Origin: Eledone cirrhosa
Lineage: Eukaryota
Assembly: GCA_964016885.1 (NCBI GenBank)
Contig: OZ024740.1
Location: 361,150,001 to 361,214,000 of the forward strand
Direction of reading: 5' to 3'
Length of the DNA: 64,000 bases
The notes under the pieces were generated by a model. It was not told the DNA's origin, did not search any database, and saw only the letters and a program-made list of their open reading frames with translations. This document shows positions 60,005 through 64,000 of this stretch, in pieces. The translations under genes were made by a program, and so were the position numbers. Each line of letters starts with the position of its first letter. Positions within the stretch are counted from its first letter, which is position 1.

Positions 60005-60385
60005 CATGTGGTGGTATTGGAGGAGTCCATTTTGGCAATTGTAGTAATGGCTGGAATAGTTGATTTTGGCAATTGTGGTGGTGGTAATAGTGATGGTGGT
60101 AGTGACTGTGGCAGCCCATTCTGACAACTGTGATGGTGGTTGGAACAGTCCATTTTTGAAAATGTGGTGGTTGTAGTAGTTGTGACAATCCATTCTGGTA
60201 ACTGTGATGGTGGTTGGAACAGTCCACTTTGGCAACTGTGGTAGTTGTAGTAGTTCATTTTGGCAACTATGTTGGTTGTGGCAGTCAATTCTAGCTACTG
60301 TGGTAATGGTTGGAGTAGTCCATTGTGGAAACTGATGGTGGTATTTGGATAAATCCATTCTAGCAAGGGTGGTTAGCAGTTGTAG
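60005..60385. repeat. Degenerate GT-rich minisatellite
   Basis: Recurrent (gg)aacagtccattttggcaactgtg..ggt units. Confidence 0.7.
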
Positions 60386-60949
60386 TGGAAGGGAGCATGC
60401 TTCAAAGCTTTGAGGTTGAAATTAGGTTAAGCCATTGAAAATAGTTTGATTGATAGATTACTAATTTGCTTACCTGGTGGCCTGCATGTGGGGTGGGAGT
60501 AGGATGGGTGGTGACCTGCATATGTAGTGGGGGGTGGTAACCTTGGTGTGGTGGGGTAGATAAGATAGTATTGGGGGTTATAATTTTTTAAAAAAAGGTG
60601 GTGGCTTGGGGTGATTCATGATAGTGGTGGTGGTGGTAGTGTTGGTTATAAGATATGTATGATGGTGGTATTGGTGTTTGTAAGATGTCTATGGTGGAAG
60701 TGGTGGTGGTGGTGATGATGATTGTGAGATGTGTGTGATGGTGGCATTGTTTGTAAGATGCTTAAGGTGGTGTGGTGGTGGTCATCTATCAGCATCATGG
60801 TCATCATCATCATCTTGTTGGTTGTTATCATCGTCTTGGTAATGATGAAGAATCTCTCAACTTGATGTTTCAGCAATTCTACTTTCATGTTTAGGAAGTT
60901 AAGGGCATTATCGTACCTTCACCACTATTGAGTTCTCTTCAGTTCACAG

Positions 60950-61270
60950 TCATCATCATCATTTTACATCTGCTTTCTGTGCTCACATAGTTAGAACTGG
61001 TTGTCATGGTCCAAGATCAGATGAGTAGGAGTGACCTCATCTTTCTCATTACATTCCACATTTGGCATGGTTTCTACAGTTGGATGCCCTTCCCTAACAC
61101 CAACCACCTTACAGAGTGAACTAGATGAGATTTTCATGACACCCGCACTATCAGATACAGAGTAGACTGGGTGAATTGTACCATGGCACTAACATTAACA
61201 CTTTACATGGCGTACTGAGTGTATTTTAGTGTGGCACCAGCACTACCACGTTACAGGGTGGACTGGGGGC
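60950..61270 (-). mobile_element. RTE 3' UTR fragment with (ATG)n tail
   Basis: catcatcatc...tttctacagttggatgcccttccctaacaccaaccac. Confidence 0.7.
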
Positions 61271-61360
61271 ATTGTATCTGAGTTTTAGGGTTTATTTTTA
61301 TTCATTTTGTCTATATATTTTGCTATTGCTTTTATTTGTTATTTTTCTTCTTACTTCCAG

Positions 61361-61500
61361 ATAGAACTATAAAAAAATCTAAGTTGATTCTTCCTGCCTA
61401 CTACATTCAGACTTCTTCAGTTTGTTCAATCTGCTTTACCCCTGTAGCTATGCTGCCTTTTCTGAGGTAAGACACCCCTTACACAGAATTGCAGCAGTTT

Positions 61501-61536
<36 letters not shown>

Positions 61537-61746
61537 TGAGGAGGAGGAGTGTAATAACAACTGTACTCTTCACCTTCATTTTCCCCCAGGCTCTACACTA
61601 GAATGTCGGCCCTAGGCTCTCTGGAATTCCCTTCTTTGCTGATGTCTTTCTCAAAAGACTGGACCTGCAACAGTTCCAACAGAACAGGTTTTGGCAGGCC
61701 TGCAAAAGCCACGGGCTCTGTGCCTTCTTCCAAACCTATCGAGTAA
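61361..61746 (+). CDS. Candidate last two exons (61361-61466 and 61590-61746) of an unidentified spliced gene
   Basis: Acceptor tttttcttcttacttccag, donor gag|gtaaga, acceptor ttcattttcccccag; the only open frame of each exon joins in phase; AATAAA about 60 nt after the stop; no recognisable domain. Confidence 0.35.
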
Positions 61747-62015
61747 AAATAACACTAATCTTTTTGTTATCATATTTGTGTTGAAATAACCTGCTCATGC
61801 TTTCAAATAAATTCCAAGAATTAGATGAGGGCAACGTCTTGTCCCTTTTTTCTGACTCTCTCTCTCTCCCTCTAAACAAATGACGTTCCTTTTCTCTCTC
61901 CGTTTATTTACATCTCTTTTGCTTGACGCTCCCCCTCTCTCTATATAGATGAGGACGACGTCATAACTTTCTGTCTATCTACCTCTTTCTGTCACTTCGA
62001 AAAAACACGGCATTC

Positions 62016-62052
<37 letters not shown>

Positions 62053-62783
62053 TGCTCCCCCTCTATATATAAAGTGAGCATAATGAACGGACAGACAGTG
62101 CCTTTATTATAATATAGGTTTAGAGTAACTTAGTAAATGATCAGGTTGACTTTGACATTAAGTTGTTGTTTGGAACCTAATATAGCAAAATACTGTTTAA
62201 CGCTATTGATACCAAACCACCGGTGGTACTATGGTACAAAACTGTTTCTAAAAACCTTCCCATCATAATTCTTTGTACCTACCTTTATTAAGTTATGTTC
62301 CAAACATGAGCTTAATAATGCAAAAGTTAGGTAAAGTTACATAACTAAATTCTACAAAATTCTTAATTGTTTTAAATAGTGGAAAATAATATTTAAAACT
62401 GGGTGAGATTCTGTGACTTATTGTTAGGCAGTGTAATTCCTTAGATCTATGGTAACAAAATGGTTCATGTTTAATGCCCTAGACAATTTAGCTGATTTAA
62501 TCTATCTGCAAAGCTGTACCAGAGGGATGGTTTTGTTAGCCCTGACTAGGCAAACATATAACATGTATGTATTTGATCAAATAACTGGGTGTGATTCTCT
62601 AATCTATTGTTCTAGATATACTATGTTTCCCTTGCCTCTAGCTGGTGTGGACTAATAATGTTTAGTGCCAAGAAGGGCTTCGGACTTTAAAACATTGCCT
62701 CAAAAAGGACTCCACGATGCATATAAAACCTGTCAAGGGACTTACATGTCTAATACCTGCTTTAGCAGGGAAAATGGCTTTAA

Positions 62784-62987
62784 CCCTTTTGCATTTACAT
62801 TACTCTATATTTACTATTATATTTTTATGGGGAAAGCTTTATCTTACATACTTATCTCTCATAATATTGAATCTATGAGATTTTGAGTACAATACCTTAA
62901 CATCAGTATGAGCAGCCAAATACAGCCAGTTTGAACAGAAAGAGGTGAGAATTCTGGTCGGATATGGCCGGTTTAAATGTTAAAGGG
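62784..62987. mobile_element. piggyBac-type MITE
   Basis: TTAA-CCCTTTTGCATTTA ... TAAATGTTAAAGGG-TTAA; homologous to 50184-50402. Confidence 0.85.
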
Positions 62988-63420
62988 TTAAAACCTGCTG
63001 TAGTTTGTGTGTGTGTATCTGCGTATTTGTACTTAAAGTAAGCAATTATGGTAGCTCATACTCAATCAAGTACAAGCTGAAAGCTAGCTCCATTTAATCT
63101 TTCATAAATATATAACTGCAGCACTACAAGATAAAATTTATCATTCGTGGATTGTTTTTCAGCTAATTAATTAAACAAACTTGAATTACACCACTAAGCC
63201 AGCCATTATAATGATCTTCCTGTTAGCTCTCAGAATAGGTGCCATTGCATAACATCTGCTGAAATCCAAACTGTGAATGCTGGAATTTGTGTCATTAATA
63301 ATCATGATAGGAAGTGACAATAATATTTAATAGTTTAGTAATATTGTACAAGCAGATTACATGTCGCAGCTGTTTGCCTCATTAAAAAAAAATATGGTTC
63401 ATCCTGTTATTAACATTCAA

Positions 63421-64000
63421 CATCATCATCATCGTTTAACATCTATTAACATGAGTTAGACAGGTTGTCCCATTTGAGGCAAATCTGGTCAGGTGACTGT
63501 CTTGATCATACAGAACTGTTTCTGGCTTGGTTTCTACAGCTGCATGTCCTTCCTAACGCCAACCACATTTACAGTGTGTGCTGAGTGCTTTTTGTCGTGA
63601 CACCTACACGACCACTTTACATTGTGGGCTGGGTGCTTATTGTGATGACACCAAAATGACCTCTTTACAGTGTGGACTGGAGACTGAGTGGGTGGGTGAA
63701 AAGGCGTGGGAGAAGGGTGAGTTGATTAGGATGTGGGTAGAGGGGTTTATTTTTAGCCAAGTACTACTCCTGCACTTGCCTCACAGGGAACAGAGCATCC
63801 ATGGTACTTTTACCTTGTGCAAGTCCAAACTGCATTCCATCTAGGTTCACTAGGTCCCTAATCAGCTGTGCTATATCTCTTTCTTTAGCCTTCATGACCT
63901 GGTCAACCAACTCGATGCCTCTATAGTTTTCTCTGTCTAGATCATCTACTTTGCCCTTTTAGCAGTTGACAATAATGCTGCTACATTGGTCGTTGGATAT
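63421..64000 (-). mobile_element. Degraded RTE-type LINE: tail, 3' UTR and RT fragment
   Basis: catcatcatcatcgtttaac tail; minus-strand NYRGIELVDQVMKA and MQFGLAQGKST remnants. Confidence 0.8.

Noticed and set aside
61820-62118. Possible Helitron 5' part on the minus strand
   Set aside because: Start resembles ctatattataataaagg but no 3' hairpin or CTAG end was found

Overview
Eukaryotic, gene-poor, repeat-dominated DNA. The SINE and LINE families and the very long (TA)n tracts point to a cephalopod (octopus-like) genome; this is inference from recalled repeat families. Roughly 28 kb is interrupted (TA)n microsatellite, and all the Y/I-rich ORFs in the track are artefacts of it. Embedded in and around the TA tracts are a young RTE-type LINE family (a 5'-truncated but uninterrupted copy of about 795 codons with a PHD finger inside the RT region, a near-identical 3' end at the window start, and a 5' end preceded by 19 tandem 98-bp monomers), two independently inverted (twin-priming-like) copies of a second RTE family, older RTE, CR1-like and CRE-like fragments, tRNA-derived SINEs, Helitron remnants, and piggyBac, hAT, Tc1/pogo and foldback MITEs. 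A 200-N gap lies at 13266-13465. The most striking signal is a set of short non-coding islands, most inside or next to TA tracts, that carry type I hammerhead ribozyme motifs with palindromic stem III, as in Penelope-like elements. These include U3-A8 core variants and two with unusually long or branched stem II, and several sit in or next to long DNA palindromes. One candidate pair of spliced host exons lies near 61.4-61.7 kb. All calls were made by eye and no database searches were run.
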